From: Lingula anatina
Lineage: Eukaryota; Animalia; Brachiopoda
Length of the DNA: 64,000 bases
Direction: 5' to 3'
Assembly (NCBI GenBank): GCA_051362555.1
Contig: CM120642.1
Location: forward strand, 23,746,001 to 23,810,000
A model generated the notes under the pieces. The model searched no databases. It was given only the letters and a program-made list of their open reading frames with translations, and was not told where the DNA came from. A program made the translations under genes and the position numbers. Of the stretch, positions 23,718 through 36,672 are shown in pieces; within the stretch, counting starts at the first letter, position 1; every line of letters begins with the position of its first letter.

Positions 23718-26169
23718 TCACCCATTTGAAGATTAAGAACATAATTCGGTTTAAAAATTGAACTACTCAGGTTGTGAACTGCAGCCGAGAAGAACTGAAT
23801 GAAAAGCAGAAAAAAACTTTATTAGTTGTAAGAATTTACAGTACATTTCCTAACCCACTCTAACATATTTTTTGTCCATTTTTAACAATCAACCCTTTAA
23901 GTTCCTTTTTTTTCTGCAAATTTGATTTGAAATTGAATTTGTTACTGGTGTAATTTTAGATGCCATCAAGGTGTTTTTATGGTGCAGACTTTGTACATTA
24001 AATGACCGTCATCTGAGTTTTAACTTATTTGGATTTTTTTTTATAAAAGTGGGGCCAACAGTGTAAATATATTAAGGCATGATAACTCTTAGAGAATGTA
24101 AGTAATATTTTAACCAGAAAATTAAATATATGACAAGAATTTTATCAAAATGCTGATGAGATAATCAGCTTTTTTTGTACAAATTTGTTCTAGTCAGCAT
24201 TGACCTGTACAAAAACTATACATGGCAGTATTATGTGTTTATGATAGCTGAAATGCAGCTTAATCATGCACTCATATTGTGAAATTACTAAAATGCGTGA
24301 ATAATTGTCTGAAACCAAACTTCTTCACTATCAATGTTTGCAAGTGGGTTAAATATGTAAGTTTGAGAGACTTAGTCTAGTAATATTAGTTAACTTGGTT
24401 AAATAAAAATTGTGTTGCCAAATTTTCTTCCTTTTGTGTCAAGGGCTGAAGGAGTAATTAAAAATGTGCCTCACCCATTCTCTGCATCCAGGATCTGAGA
24501 ACTTGTATCTTTAAAAGAGGTTTTATATCGAGACCCATTGCTGCAATTTCAAGGGTGATCTCATGTTTTTGTGAGTTTTATTGGTCATTTGATTTTATGC
24601 CTCATATTTTGAATTGTTCTTACACTGATTGAAAATGAAAACATTTTTATTTTTATGCTCTAATTTGCTTCAAATTTGACCTCTGCTTTGTAAATACCCT
24701 GCATCATATGAGGGAAATACAATAACTTTTATGCAGAACATGGTTTGTTGAACATGTATAAGACTGTCATTGGCACATTTGTACATTTCTAGGCATACTG
24801 CACATCTTTTATGACTAATTACTGGAGACCTCAACTATGATAATGGCTTTTTTGTTTTATGCAAGCTCTGTTATATGCATATACAGATCTTTGTTGTTTG
24901 ATTGGGTCAGGATTTCAGATTCAGTATGCTATAGGTTTGCGTCCAAATTTATGCAAGATCTGTATGTGCATTTAAAAAGAAAAATAAGACATATCAAGCC
25001 AGGACAGCCAAACTCTGTGAGAAGAGGTTGGGTGGTACATTATCTGATGTGTTTATCATGTTGCTGCATTTAATCATTTTTTTTTCAAGTACTATGCAAT
25101 GAGAAATATATCTAAATTTTATCATTATCATTTTTCACTGAAGTTTGCAAAATGTGCTATATTAGTCTCTTTAAACTTGGTCTCGAATGGTTTGAATCCT
25201 TGAGTGTGTGTTTGTATTGAGGATTGGCAGGGGTTGTGCAGTCCATGTAAGCTTTGTTTTTCCCCCTCACATAGTTACATCAAAAACAATAGCATTCGGC
25301 CTAACAACACCCTTGTGAAATTGGTAGCTAAGCTCCTGGCTCATTGTGTGCGTGACTTTTTCAAATTGGCATGAGATTACTGTATTTCTTTAAAGTGAAA
25401 TTACTTCTTTAAAAATAGTTTTTGAATGTGACTGTGTGTACATTGTGGTAGGAGAGAAAGGTGTTGGGCCTTGAAGCAATGAGTTGGTACTTTTGCCTTT
25501 ACTTTGATTAAATGATGTGTTGAATCCATGAAATCCCTCCATGCCTGTTAAATTGTGATTGTTCATGGAATTCCATAGGATTTGAATTTCCACTTTGTGA
25601 ACTATGTCAGGTGATGTTTTATGGGCTCAGATAAATTTTGTTTATTTAAAAATGAATTAGGAGAATGATTCATTCAGGTGCCATTACAGTTCCTGTGAGT
25701 TTGTTTTATTACATATCATGTGAGAATATTTTTTAATAATCTGAAATATTTTATTCTTTTCATCATAAATTCAAATGTCATTGCATAATGAAACATTTTG
25801 GACCATATTGTGTTATGGTTGGTAATTTTAGAATATTTTGAGATGTGAAAGTAGTGTACAAATGCATTTTCAGTCAAACAAAGCCACATAACTTTTCATA
25901 AACTGATGCAAATTTATTTTAGAAGTTATATAAGGAGATGTTAATATATATCATAAAGTAGTGAAAATACTTTTATTGCACATTAAAAAGGTTTTTACTT
26001 ACGTAACAATGTTCGTTTTATTGATTTATTTTTTATTATTTCAGAAATTGTTCTACAACTTATTTTCCACGTGATTCAAAATGAAACTTAGGACAAAAGA
26101 TGGTGGCATTCCAAAATTGCATAAAACGTATCTAAATAGCACCAATAATTTTGACAATTCACATAAATA

Positions 26170-26416
26170 TAAGGCTGCGTTCACATGAAAAATCTATTTT
26201 CTAAAAATCTATTTGCGGTATCTTGTGATCACGGTCTGTGCCCTGAATACCCCACGGCGTAATTACAGGCAGCGCGAGCCAGTTACTTTCAAAGCTGTAA
26301 TTAATTCTCGGCGCTGCCAGTAATTACGCCGTGGGGTATTCAGGGCACAGACCGTGATCACAAGATACCGCAAATAGATTTTTAGAAAATAGATTTTTCA
26401 TGTGAACGCAGCCTTA
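26170..26416. mobile_element. Palindromic MITE with ~96-bp perfect arms (Harbinger-like termini GGCTGCGTTCACA)
   Basis: TAAGGCTGCGTTCACATG...GGCGTAATTAC is the exact reverse complement of GTAATTACGCC...CATGTGAACGCAGCCTTA; TA flanks. Confidence 0.9.
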
Positions 26417-26661
26417 GCAGCCTGTTGTGCGTACAATATATATAGAGGATCTCCACAATAATTGTCCACTTAGTCGATGCCAACTCCCCAAAAACATGCC
26501 ATATCTGATATACAGTAATTTGCATAACAAGAAGTCCTTCAGCCTACTGCAAATTGGCTTCTTGACTGGTCACTTGAAAGCTGGTAGAGGACTCAAGAAC
26601 GGTGTGGTCAGGGCCTCATTCATAGTAAAACTATCGTTCGTCGTAGAACGATGATACTCCG

Positions 26662-26825
26662 CCGGTGTAACGAAACTGAGGGTCCTTGTAACAGAAAGTC
26701 CACCCTCCACATAGTTATCGGATAGTCTGTCTTAAGTGGGTCAAAATCTAGGGCGAGGCTCACCTGTATAAATGAAAATGAAGCGGACTCTCTATCATGG
26801 GGGACTCTTTGTCACGTTACACCGG
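26662..26825. mobile_element. Small MITE-like element with 11-bp TIRs
   Basis: CCGGTGTAACG ... CGTTACACCGG; TSD not clear. Confidence 0.5.
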
Positions 26826-27100
26826 GACTCTCGCTCAATGCAATGAGATTAACAAATTAACACGTCACCTCTTGGCGTTGAGTCGAACGCAGAAAGGCTG
26901 ATAATACAAGTATGTTGGAAACAAGAGGATAAAAATCATATAACAGGTGCCGCACAGGTAGTAGAAGTACTACCTCTCATATAAAAGTTGGAAGGAGTGG
27001 GAAAAGTCATGGCAGAGCTGCAAGTAAGAGGAGAACAATATGGCGTTTATTCTCTGAGTGAAATACCACCTGTCTCCCTTTTCACACACACAGACACACA

Positions 27101-27143
<43 letters not shown>
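27101..27143. repeat. (AAT)n microsatellite
   Basis: About 14 units. Confidence 0.95.
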
Positions 27144-27145
<2 letters not shown>

Positions 27146-27428
27146 CTATAAGTCAAATTTTGATTGTCGACTAAAATTTGGTTCCCTAAAAATTACTACA
27201 CCTGAAAAATTTACATGAAATTAATTTTGATCTGGGCAAAAAAGCAGTGAAAAACAACAAACCACAAGTGTGTGAAATTAATCTTTTTATTGTTAAATCT
27301 TTTCTTTATTTATCTGGTATTTTGAAAAATCTTCATTGAATGGATGCCTTATATTTGAAAGGCATCATGTCTTACCCCAAAAAGTGCAGAACAAGTGCAA
27401 TGAAATAATTTTGCAACACACGACAGAG

Positions 27429-27639
27429 CAGAGGCGGATTTGGGGGGGGGGGGGGGGGGGGGGTCAGGGGGTTTAACCCCCGCCCCCTTCGATTTCTGAA
27501 AAAATCGCACCAATGGTCCCATCATGAAATTAGATATTTGACTAGCTGAATCATAGTTTTAAACCATACCAGACGGCACTGTTCGCCCTCTTAAATACCA
27601 TACCCCACGCAAATAGGCCTAATCCTGGATACGCCCCTG
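27429..27639. mobile_element. hAT-like MITE with 5-bp TSD (CAGAG) and internal poly-G
   Basis: CAGAG|CAGAGGCGGAT ... GGATACGCCCCTG|CAGAG. Confidence 0.75.
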
Positions 27640-27987
27640 CAGAGGGATACTTGGCATTACGTACAACTGATTTTGATCGCACTTTTGACACTGTTTCCTA
27701 ATGCTTCACCCTACTAATGCTCTCCCCGCTTTATTTACTCCAAATATTGAATCAATAATGTTTTCAGATATTATTTCGAAAATCTGTTAAAACTTTTGAA
27801 GGTGATCACACATTCTAATCAGGCACAACTTTGTTACATTTTGATGCAAAAAATGTGCTATAAATCTAGCACAGGCGTTTTTTCTTTCGGACGATTCTTT
27901 TAAAGAAACACTATAACTGCATTACTGTAATACAGGCACTGGTTTTATTCAAAACCAACAGCATGTAATATAAGTACCCAAATAACA

Positions 27988-29612
27988 TTATGTCCAGTTA
28001 TATTTGAATATTTTCACCCAGCCGTCCCTCTGTCCACAGACAAGGCCGCCATTAGAAGTCGTAGAGAGGGCAACCGGTGTCTGGAGATTTTCCTTAACGG
28101 TCAGAAACTGACCTAGACTGGCCCCAGACGGAGACAGGCGATGAATGCAGTTGCTTTCCATATCGGCCACGAACACAAAACCATCCGCGTCGACGCATAC
28201 GCCGTCCACACCGTACGGTCTCTCGGGTTGCGGATATTCTTCACGCCTGTTGTATACAAAAAGCGGCTCTCCGCTCTCGTTTTGATACGAGCGCACCACA
28301 CTGTCATTTGGATCCGAGATTATCACACGGCCACTGTTCGATATTGCTATAAACGGCGCAAAAGAAAACTGGCATCTCATTTTGTAAACGAATGACCATA
28401 AAAGGGACCCCTGCTTGTCGTAACATTTTACGTCACTCGAGGTGCCCATGCTTAAGACTACTATTAAGGAGATTCCGTCCGTTGCCATGGCAACCGGTGC
28501 TACGCAGGGGAAGGAAAACCTGGCATATCCATTGACTGGATGTATTTGGATTTCTTGCGTCCGTTTGCACCAGACGGAGGTGACGATTGTCCCGTCTCGA
28601 AAATGGCCGATACCTGTCAGACCCCTCACAGTCAATTCTCGACGTTTTCTCCCGTATTTGTCGCACACGATGACACGCCCAAGTACGCTGTCACTTCCGC
28701 CACCCCTTGTGCCTAATGCCAAGTCCCCTGTCGCCATCGCGTCCAGGTAAACCAGACACTCGTCCTGCTTAGAGAAAGGCACTTTGAATTCGCGAAGTAA
28801 TTTGGGTGATAGGGAAATTGTTCCGAACGCTTTTTCAAGAAAAAATGAAGCACTGGGGCTGCATCGTAAATATAACTCCGGGCTCGGTTCTTCTAGAGTG
28901 GACATGTGCTTTTCAGATTTGTCTAGTTTGGACAAAATATCCTGCTTGTTTAAAAGTAGTTGAATATCTGAATATGAGTCGATGATTTCGGAAAATGCAT
29001 CTAGCTGAGGCCCGTTTGTTGTGTTTTTCAACGACTCGGTGCGTTTCAGTTGCGCCGATTGGATTTCTGTCCCCTTTTTGCATACACTTTTTGCAACGTC
29101 TCGCAGCAAAAGAGAGAGTTCCTCGACTCTTTTCTCAACCTGTATTTCAGCTAGTTTTGTACTTTCTTCCAATTTATTTATCACATCTGTCTGTTTAGTG
29201 TCATTGTCCTTGGCAGACGACGCTGCAGATGGCGAAGCTTTCAGCACGCTCATCCTTTGCGCGATCGACATTCTGAGTTCACTTGCCGCCTTGTTGATTT
29301 CAACGCAACTGTGATCTAAATGGTCAGAAAGCTTACACATAAGGCAGATTAACTGCCCACACTCGACACAGTAGAGTTTGCATTTTTCGTTAACGTGGTC
29401 AGTGCAACTGGTCATCTCCCTTTCTTCTTTAGCGCCCTGCAGCGTGTCCGGCGGGGCCTCTCCGATGAGATAGAGTTTGTGGTCTTTGCTTAGTTTCATT
29501 CCTCGGTGGCAGAGGGCGCATCGCTTGCACATACTCTCGTTGCATTCTACACACGTTTCCTTCGCCAGTTCTCGTCTGCCCACCGAGTCACATGGATCGC
29601 AGTAAGCTATTG
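27988..29612 (-). CDS. CARD-TRIM-NHL-like protein, coding exon 2: B-box1, B-box2, coiled coil, NHL-like beta-propeller
   Basis: Acceptor tttttctag at 29613, phase 1, in frame with ORF 27988..29583. B-box1 CDPC...CVEC...CKRC..CH...H; B-box2 CTDH...CVEC...CLMC...H..H; NHL-like repeats IAISNSGRVIISD, GVCVDADGFVFVAD; AATAAA about 40 nt past the stop (27944-27949). Confidence 0.9.
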
Positions 29613-29961
29613 CTAGAAAAAATTGAATGACATTCGTAGAATAGCGGATGATGAACTTAAAGCATTTGGAAAAGTAAAAATTTTAGGTACATCAAGAGGC
29701 ACATCGTCTTAAGGGCAAAGGGACAGATTTTTTAGTATCAAAATAAACCAAGTCCCTATTTGTCGCTGACTATTTCATAACTTTAAATTACCAAATTAAA
29801 AATCAAAAAGAAAAAGAATCCGAGAAGAAGAAGAAAAAAAGAAAGAGAAAAGAAGAGAGCGATAAAGAAGATAACACATACTAAACAAAAAATGACACAT
29901 GTTGCTTAACCAACGTAAATCTTATACATAAATGTCTTTTAAATAGAAAAAATCGACATAC

Positions 29962-30274
29962 TTAATTTATCGCCACACAAGTCCTCGGCACTGACACTAG
30001 TAGCACGTAAACATGCTGATAGATGGGGCTGGTGCTCGTCTAAAGCCCTAAGAAATTGGTGAAAAGAGTCCTTGTGGTCTCCAACCATGATTATCTCCAC
30101 TAATTTCCTGACCCGATCACCCCTGGTCACTTCGGCTTCGATTCTTTCAACATCGTCTGTTTCCAGAATACCATTTTGATACAGCAAATCCAAAATCCCA
30201 AGTTTCGGGTCTAGCATATCTTCTCGCAGACTCGCAAATCGTTTGCGCAATATCGCCCTCTGCCGTGGCTCCAT
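29962..30274 (-). CDS. CARD-TRIM-NHL-like protein, coding exon 1: CARD (death-fold) domain
   Basis: MEPRQRAILRKRFASLREDM...ILDLLYQNGIL...ERIEAEVTRGDRVRKLVEII...SFHQFLRALDEHQPHL matches the CARD pattern; donor A|gtatgt at 29961 (phase 1) joins exon 2; upstream acceptor ttcag at ~30302 implies a 5' UTR exon. Confidence 0.85.
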
Positions 30275-31103
30275 AATGGTCTTCTGCTGGTTAATTCTTG
30301 CCTGAAAATATCAATTTGACGATCAATTAAACGACAAGTTGCGGCCGGGGACATTTATCTTCACCCGTTGAATGATATTCATCCGCTTTCTTGTTCATAA
30401 TTAAGGACGACTAACGAACCGAAAAGATAAAACAATATATTAAATACAGATAGCCGCATCTCTGCATGACGCCGGATCTATGGACCGTTTTGCGAGGAAA
30501 ACGGGAAGAAAATGTGGCAAGACAAAGGTCTTTATGCCTAGAGTATTAATAAAGACTGTAAGTTTGCCCCTATTCAAACATACCGTGTTACATCAAAATT
30601 TACTTGTACTTGAATACACAAAAATGATATCAATTCAGCACACGCGTAATTTCGCTTTTTTGATTTTATAAAAGAAAAGAAAAAAGAAAGAAAAAAAGAA
30701 AAACGCACAGCTTATTTGAGAAATATTTTAACCGACAAACTTATCAAATACTGAAAACAATCACATTTGCTGATCCCATCTCAATATTGGGATAAATATA
30801 TCCATCATCAAAGAAGTTGACAATTTTATTGTTGATAACGCGTATTCTTTTTGTCTGTTGACTGTTGGGGGGGGGGGGGGGGAGGGGAACCGCAAGCGAC
30901 CTGAGAGGACTTGTTTGGGAATCCAACTAGGCACGCTGACGAGAATGTAACACGCACTTTGAAATAATTCACTGTCAAATAGGTGAAAAACAATAAAAAA
31001 CAAAGATCATTGATATTATCTGCATCAAATTACAAAATCCCGCGATCGTTTGACGCACGAGCCAGGCCAATTGACGCACGTCCGGTGTCTGAGCCCTGGG
31101 CTC

Positions 31104-31114
31104 GGGGATTCCCC
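31104..31114. promoter_or_regulatory. Consensus NF-kB (kB) site upstream of the CARD-TRIM-NHL CDS
   Basis: GGGGATTCCCC, adjacent to a candidate minus-strand donor GAG|gtaggg at 31118/31117; two TTGACGCACG copies at ~31050 and ~31071. Confidence 0.5.
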
Positions 31115-34100
31115 TACCTCCCCGAGTGCTTGACCAGTGAGTTGCTGCTGCTGGTGGTGGTGCAATAACTCAACCCTGTGACTAATGTGGTAGTCTTACT
31201 AACTTCAATACTCAAAATTATTATTACGCAACGACCAAGGGCACAGCGATAGGGTACGTGCACATGATTACATGATAAATACCACGCAGTGCCAAACAAT
31301 TTAGGCTGTCGCGCGCGCGAGTGTGTATGTGTGTGTGTGTTGGAGAGAGAGAGAGAGAGGAAGAAAGATGCGCTCTGTTTATTCTATAATGACATGCATC
31401 CCGCATTAAAAGAAGTGCCCATGACATTCGCGGCAGCGATAATTTCAATGCGTGTATCGTTGTTTTGATGCATAGACAGTGTAACTGTATCCTGTCACTA
31501 CCTGGACGTATGTTTTACAAAGCAAACATACATTGGGCATAATATAATACTGTTATGAATGAAAATAAATAAACGTGAACGTAAAGCCGATAAATAGGTA
31601 ACCTTTTATGAGCAACTGGTTTCAAATAATCGGAATACTTTCATCACCTGTGTTTATCAGTAGGATAATTTTAATCATGCAGCGTGTTTCTGAAAGGGTC
31701 AGCTATATTTGCATTCTGTTAATGTTAGTCTCCATTGACTGGCGAAAGTGTATCTATTAATTGCAAAATAATTCAGAAACAAAGTCCAGTATATATACGG
31801 CTAGGTAAGATACAGGAATAACGTGACTTAACCTATGGTATTTACCTGAATATATGGAGCTGTTCACTTTGTGCATACAGGGAAACACTTCGGCCATGTG
31901 TATATTCACCATGCAGTCACAGTACGGCTAGTGCAATACAGAGGTAAGTCTACATTGGTAACTCACGCCTGTGTGGCTTTGGTGCACCTTGGGTGAACCT
32001 GTATCTTGGTCTTGTAAGTCACAATCATTAATGAGCAGTGCTGTTTAACTAGGTATATAAACTGGTACTGTCCGTACTGTACGCTAATGTGTCGTAGATC
32101 TACGGTCAACAGATGGCCAGTATAGCCTGATATAGTGACCTTTCCTGTGGTCAGCAGGTCACTTCATACTCTCCACTGTTAATGTACACGGGATGGCTTT
32201 CTCTGGGGAATGTCCTTCCACCGTAAAATATTCACCAAGCTATTTGTCCCCAGTTCTCTCTGGCGAGTTGTAAAACGCAAACAAGCCTTATCAATCAGCA
32301 TATGTACAGGTTGCAACAGCCTATACGGCCTAAACACGCCCCTGTGTGCCTGTGCGGTAACAGACAAATAGCATGAGCACTATGTTTTGCTTGGGTATGA
32401 CTCAATACTCCACTTGACGCTATGATAAAGATGCTTTGTCATCCGAGCCACATATATTGTCGAGTTCACATTATCGGCCGGACTTGGGCTGATATGTCGA
32501 AACTGGGGAAATCTGTCATTTCGACCGAGAGGGTGAAACGCGGGTACGTTATCAGCGTGATAGCTTTCCGCAAAGCGTATGGTCCCATTTCCACTGCCTT
32601 ACTACAATTAATGCAACGCAGTTGGAAGAAATGCCTTTCAAACCACAATGACGCGGCTGAACGACCACATTCACATTAGTGAAGGGGAAAATGTTATGAC
32701 GCTTTTCTTTTTTTGTATGAATTTGAATTTAGTTTCAATAGAAAATGGATGTTTTAAACCCGGTATGAAAGCGAGCTAATTATTGTATTATATGTCGCCT
32801 TTATTCGAAGCTAGCTCGGTTGTGAAAAGTCAACTGAGTCGTAGGGGTCAGGCTGTCACCTTGTCACCTGTCATATTTACATGTGCGTAACAAAACAGAC
32901 CATTGCGCCACCTTTGTCATTATTTTAATATCATTAATGATAATCTATCATACATAAAACGTTTATGGATATTTTGGTATGGTCAGGTTGTTTGAGGAAA
33001 ATAATATAGGCCAACATGTACGTAGTATTTGTATTACTTATTATGCTAATGAATACTCCTGCCCCCCCCCCCCTCCCTCACAACCCCCGAAAAATCTTTG
33101 CAAGTGGTGCTTCTTCTTACATATGCATCCTGTCGTACATCCATGTTTTCAATATTCTCTGTCTGAAACACGCGTACGCTTAAAGAGACCGGATATTGAG
33201 TGTGTGTGTTTGCGTACGTGCATGCGAGTGCGCGTGGCAAAGGTTGAAAGAGAGAAGTCCAATTTTTTCCGTTGTGGAAACTTATTTTTTTGACGGCCCA
33301 ACGGCGTTTGCGTTCAACCTAGCGCGTCTACATCTTTACTATGTGATCATCTTCGTTATTCTTATGTGAAAATAGTTTCATTGGATCTTAGTGTTTCGAT
33401 AGTCAGAAAGTTTTCTTTTATGATAGATCCAGAAATTTGATTTACCTGTTGACTGTTTCGTCTGTTCGTTTTTTTTTTTTTTTTTTTTTTTTTTTTCGAA
33501 AAACAAATAAATGACTAACCTAGAAGTATGCCCGACGGGTGAAATCAACAGCAACTCTATTTTTGACAGGTATTGTTTTTGTTTGTGAATCAATCTAGAC
33601 GACACCACTACTTTTTGTTAATCTAAAGTAATACAAACCCCTTTCCATCCTCAGGCTTATGGGGTGTTTGGACGCTCACAGATAGACATAAAGCCACTAA
33701 TATCACGTACACATAGTTTTTAAATAATTCAGTTATGCTTAAACACTGTAAACTTGATTTATTTTTCCCGGGGGTCCAATTGCACAGCTTACGATTGCAG
33801 TATGCAGTTTGAATGCACAAACAGTTCTCCCAAGTTTGAGAAAAGAGTGCAAAAGAACAAAAACATGCTCAATATTGAGCGGTTGAAATGGTTTCGCAAA
33901 TAACTTTAGATCGAAACTTGAGCTTGACAATCATACCGAAATTGTGTTCCATTTTCTTTTAGGGTTAACAGTCAATAGCCCTCCTAAATATACAGTGTTG
34001 TAACTATTATATGTTTTAATATATAACATATAATAGTTTCAATACTGTATATTATTATATGCTATGAATCAGGCGCAGGGTTCCTTTCGATTAGCCGGCA

Positions 34101-34193
34101 GTAAATGCTCCGTGGTATCACCCAAGGGCCAAAATAAGGTGTGACAAAATCAACGTCATCTCGTTACCGGGGCGAACTCCGCATCTAAAAGTG

Positions 34194-34398
34194 CATTCCC
34201 ATAGATTAAGATCGATCCATCTAGATCGACCCAGCTCCCTGGGGGTTCAGGCTAAATTGATGTCAGCCGAGCGCGCACGGTAGTTAATTACCCTCTTTCA
34301 GCTTTTAGTAGGCGGGACAGACGCTTAAGCCGGCTAAGCTGACAGTAATCTAGTGAGACTCCCCACAGGGATAGATCGATCTAAAATCTGTGGGAATG
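34194..34398. repeat. Inverted repeat or MITE-like element within a GC-richer island
   Basis: CATTCCCATAGATTAAGATCGATCCATC ... GATAGATCGATCTAAAATCTGTGGGAATG (~28-bp imperfect arms). Confidence 0.6.
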
Positions 34399-35930
34399 GG
34401 GTCTAAAACGACAGCGCCAGGATCCTTTACATACACCAGTTTCCCTTGCATTTTTGCACTTGTCCAAGATGGTATAACAACAGCAAGATAATATTTCTTT
34501 TGTTTATGAATCTCGTTGATCTTGCACTTTCTCGGCGGTTCGTGCCTTGTGGAACATAAACGGACTGGGATAGTGTACTCTTTCAGGGACGGATCCAGAG
34601 AAATTTTCTTACAGTCTTCCAAACGATCTTTGTTCTGATCCACTCTCTATTTTTGACCGTCTTCCGACAGAAAAAAGTTAGATACTCGTCAATGTAAATT
34701 TGAAAATCTGACCGTCTTCCAGAAGACCCAGAAGACGGCAGCAATCCACTCCTGTTTTTTTTTTTCGTTTTCCTACTTTTTTTACGAGTTTTTAACCGCG
34801 TTGTCGGAAAGGGAATAATTACGACTTAGAACCCGAAATGTCAAAATGCTATTTAATTAGAAAAAACGCTTGAATGTTTTTGTAATTGGCTAACCTTACA
34901 CTCTTTGTCAATTTTTACAGAGCTCTGTGTTTACATGATAGTAATTTAAACTTGAAGGGACAAACGCTGTGTCCATATGTGTTTGACAAAACCAGGTACT
35001 AAAGAGAATCGGAAGGATAGTTTCTACACCCCCCCCCACCCGTCAATAAATTTATATCATAAATGTATGCATGGTAACTAATTAGAAAATAATATATGTG
35101 CAAGAAGCAACTGATATTTATAATTTTTTACGGTATCCTATTATAAAAATTTTATTATTTTTTATCTATTTATTTACCTAGTTTTTTTAATTAAAATTTA
35201 TGTTGTGATTATTTGTCTATTTGGATTGGTGCAGGTGAGAAAGCCCGAAGCACAGCTAACAGATTTCACAAAAAATATGCAGGGTCAAGGTCACGTATAT
35301 TCCACATTTAGTTTTAATATTGCATGTTTAGATCTGCAAGAACGACGCAAAATTCATCTCAACGTGTACTGAGGAAGTGTTGAGGCACAGTCAACGAACA
35401 CTGCTGATATTTCATGTGAAATTGTGAAGGCCTGTGTACACATATCTAGACTGGCGCAGGAAAGAGCCACAGTGACGGTCTGATTTGATCCGACTTCCCC
35501 GACTGCAGGTAACAGTATGCATTCACTGAACATGTATTTGCTCTCTCTGTGCTATCGTTGCCATCATTGTCAATCAGGAAGCAACTAGTGGATCCTTTTT
35601 GCCAAAGCAATGAAGGGGAACTGGGGCGTAGGGACGTACAGTACATTAGTCACATTTCAAAATGTATTCAATGGAAACTCTAATGCAGTCGAAATTAACC
35701 TAAAACTCTTATCAGCCGTCTTATATGTCGAACTGTTCTTATTTGAAGCCCATAAACTAAAGCAGGCATTCCACGGAACAGATGTATTTCAGACAAATAT
35801 TGACTCAACTTCTAGTCATCATGATGTGGTGGTGAGATCGGTAAGATACAAGGTCGCCGTGGAATGCTGATAAATTATGTTAATTTTTGTTGCCATGGTA
35901 TACATTTCTTCCTGGCGTTCACTTATGCGA

Positions 35931-35961
<31 letters not shown>

Positions 35962-36672
35962 CAGTTCGCGTGGAGCTCATCCACGTAAGGCTTACATTAC
36001 GTTCTACTGTCGAGATACAACGCTTCATTTCATGGTATTTTAGGGCAGCTTGTTCTCTCCTTATGAATGACAGTTTTTGTACGAATTGACTGCAATTCAC
36101 TGGCAGATCTGGGAATATGAAATGTGGTAGTAGAATGATCGCAAAAGCTCTTTGTTGCAATCAGACGGACCTTTTGGAGAGCCAAGGAGGAACACCCCCA
36201 CCCCACCTCACCATCCCCTTTTTATTAAGAACAAGCCAATTCATTTTTTCGATATATTTTTTTTAATGTAGGACGAACCCCACTGATATTCATAAGAATC
36301 ATGTTTACTGTCTATATGAAAAAAACCGAAGGTTTGAAAAATAACATGGAAATTTCCATTGAAAGTTTATCTTATTTTTAATTTTATATGTAATCTCACC
36401 AAAACGCGTGAATTTACTGCACGATTGAGGTCACGACTTCCTCCCAGTTGCCAAGTTTCAATCAGAGCCGGTATTGATACGAAATTTTCTGGCGATGGGG
36501 GTTAAAAATTGCCCTATTAACGTATTAAATAAAATGAGTTTTCAAAATGTCAATTTCATTTTTGAGAAGGGAATTTTAAAGAGGAAAACTATTACAGTTT
36601 AACTTTTTATTTTCTTTTTAGGCCTGACGAACATCAAAACTGTCGAGCTACATTACCGGGTAGCCAACCAAA

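Noticed and set aside
29939-30274. Stand-alone CARD-only gene
   Set aside because: A good phase-1 donor and acceptor link it in frame to the B-box exon, which lacks its own ATG before B-box1; an intron-retained CARD-only isoform remains possible.
34350-34643. 97-aa minus-strand ORF
   Set aside because: No recognisable domain, non-ATG start, overlaps the inverted repeat.
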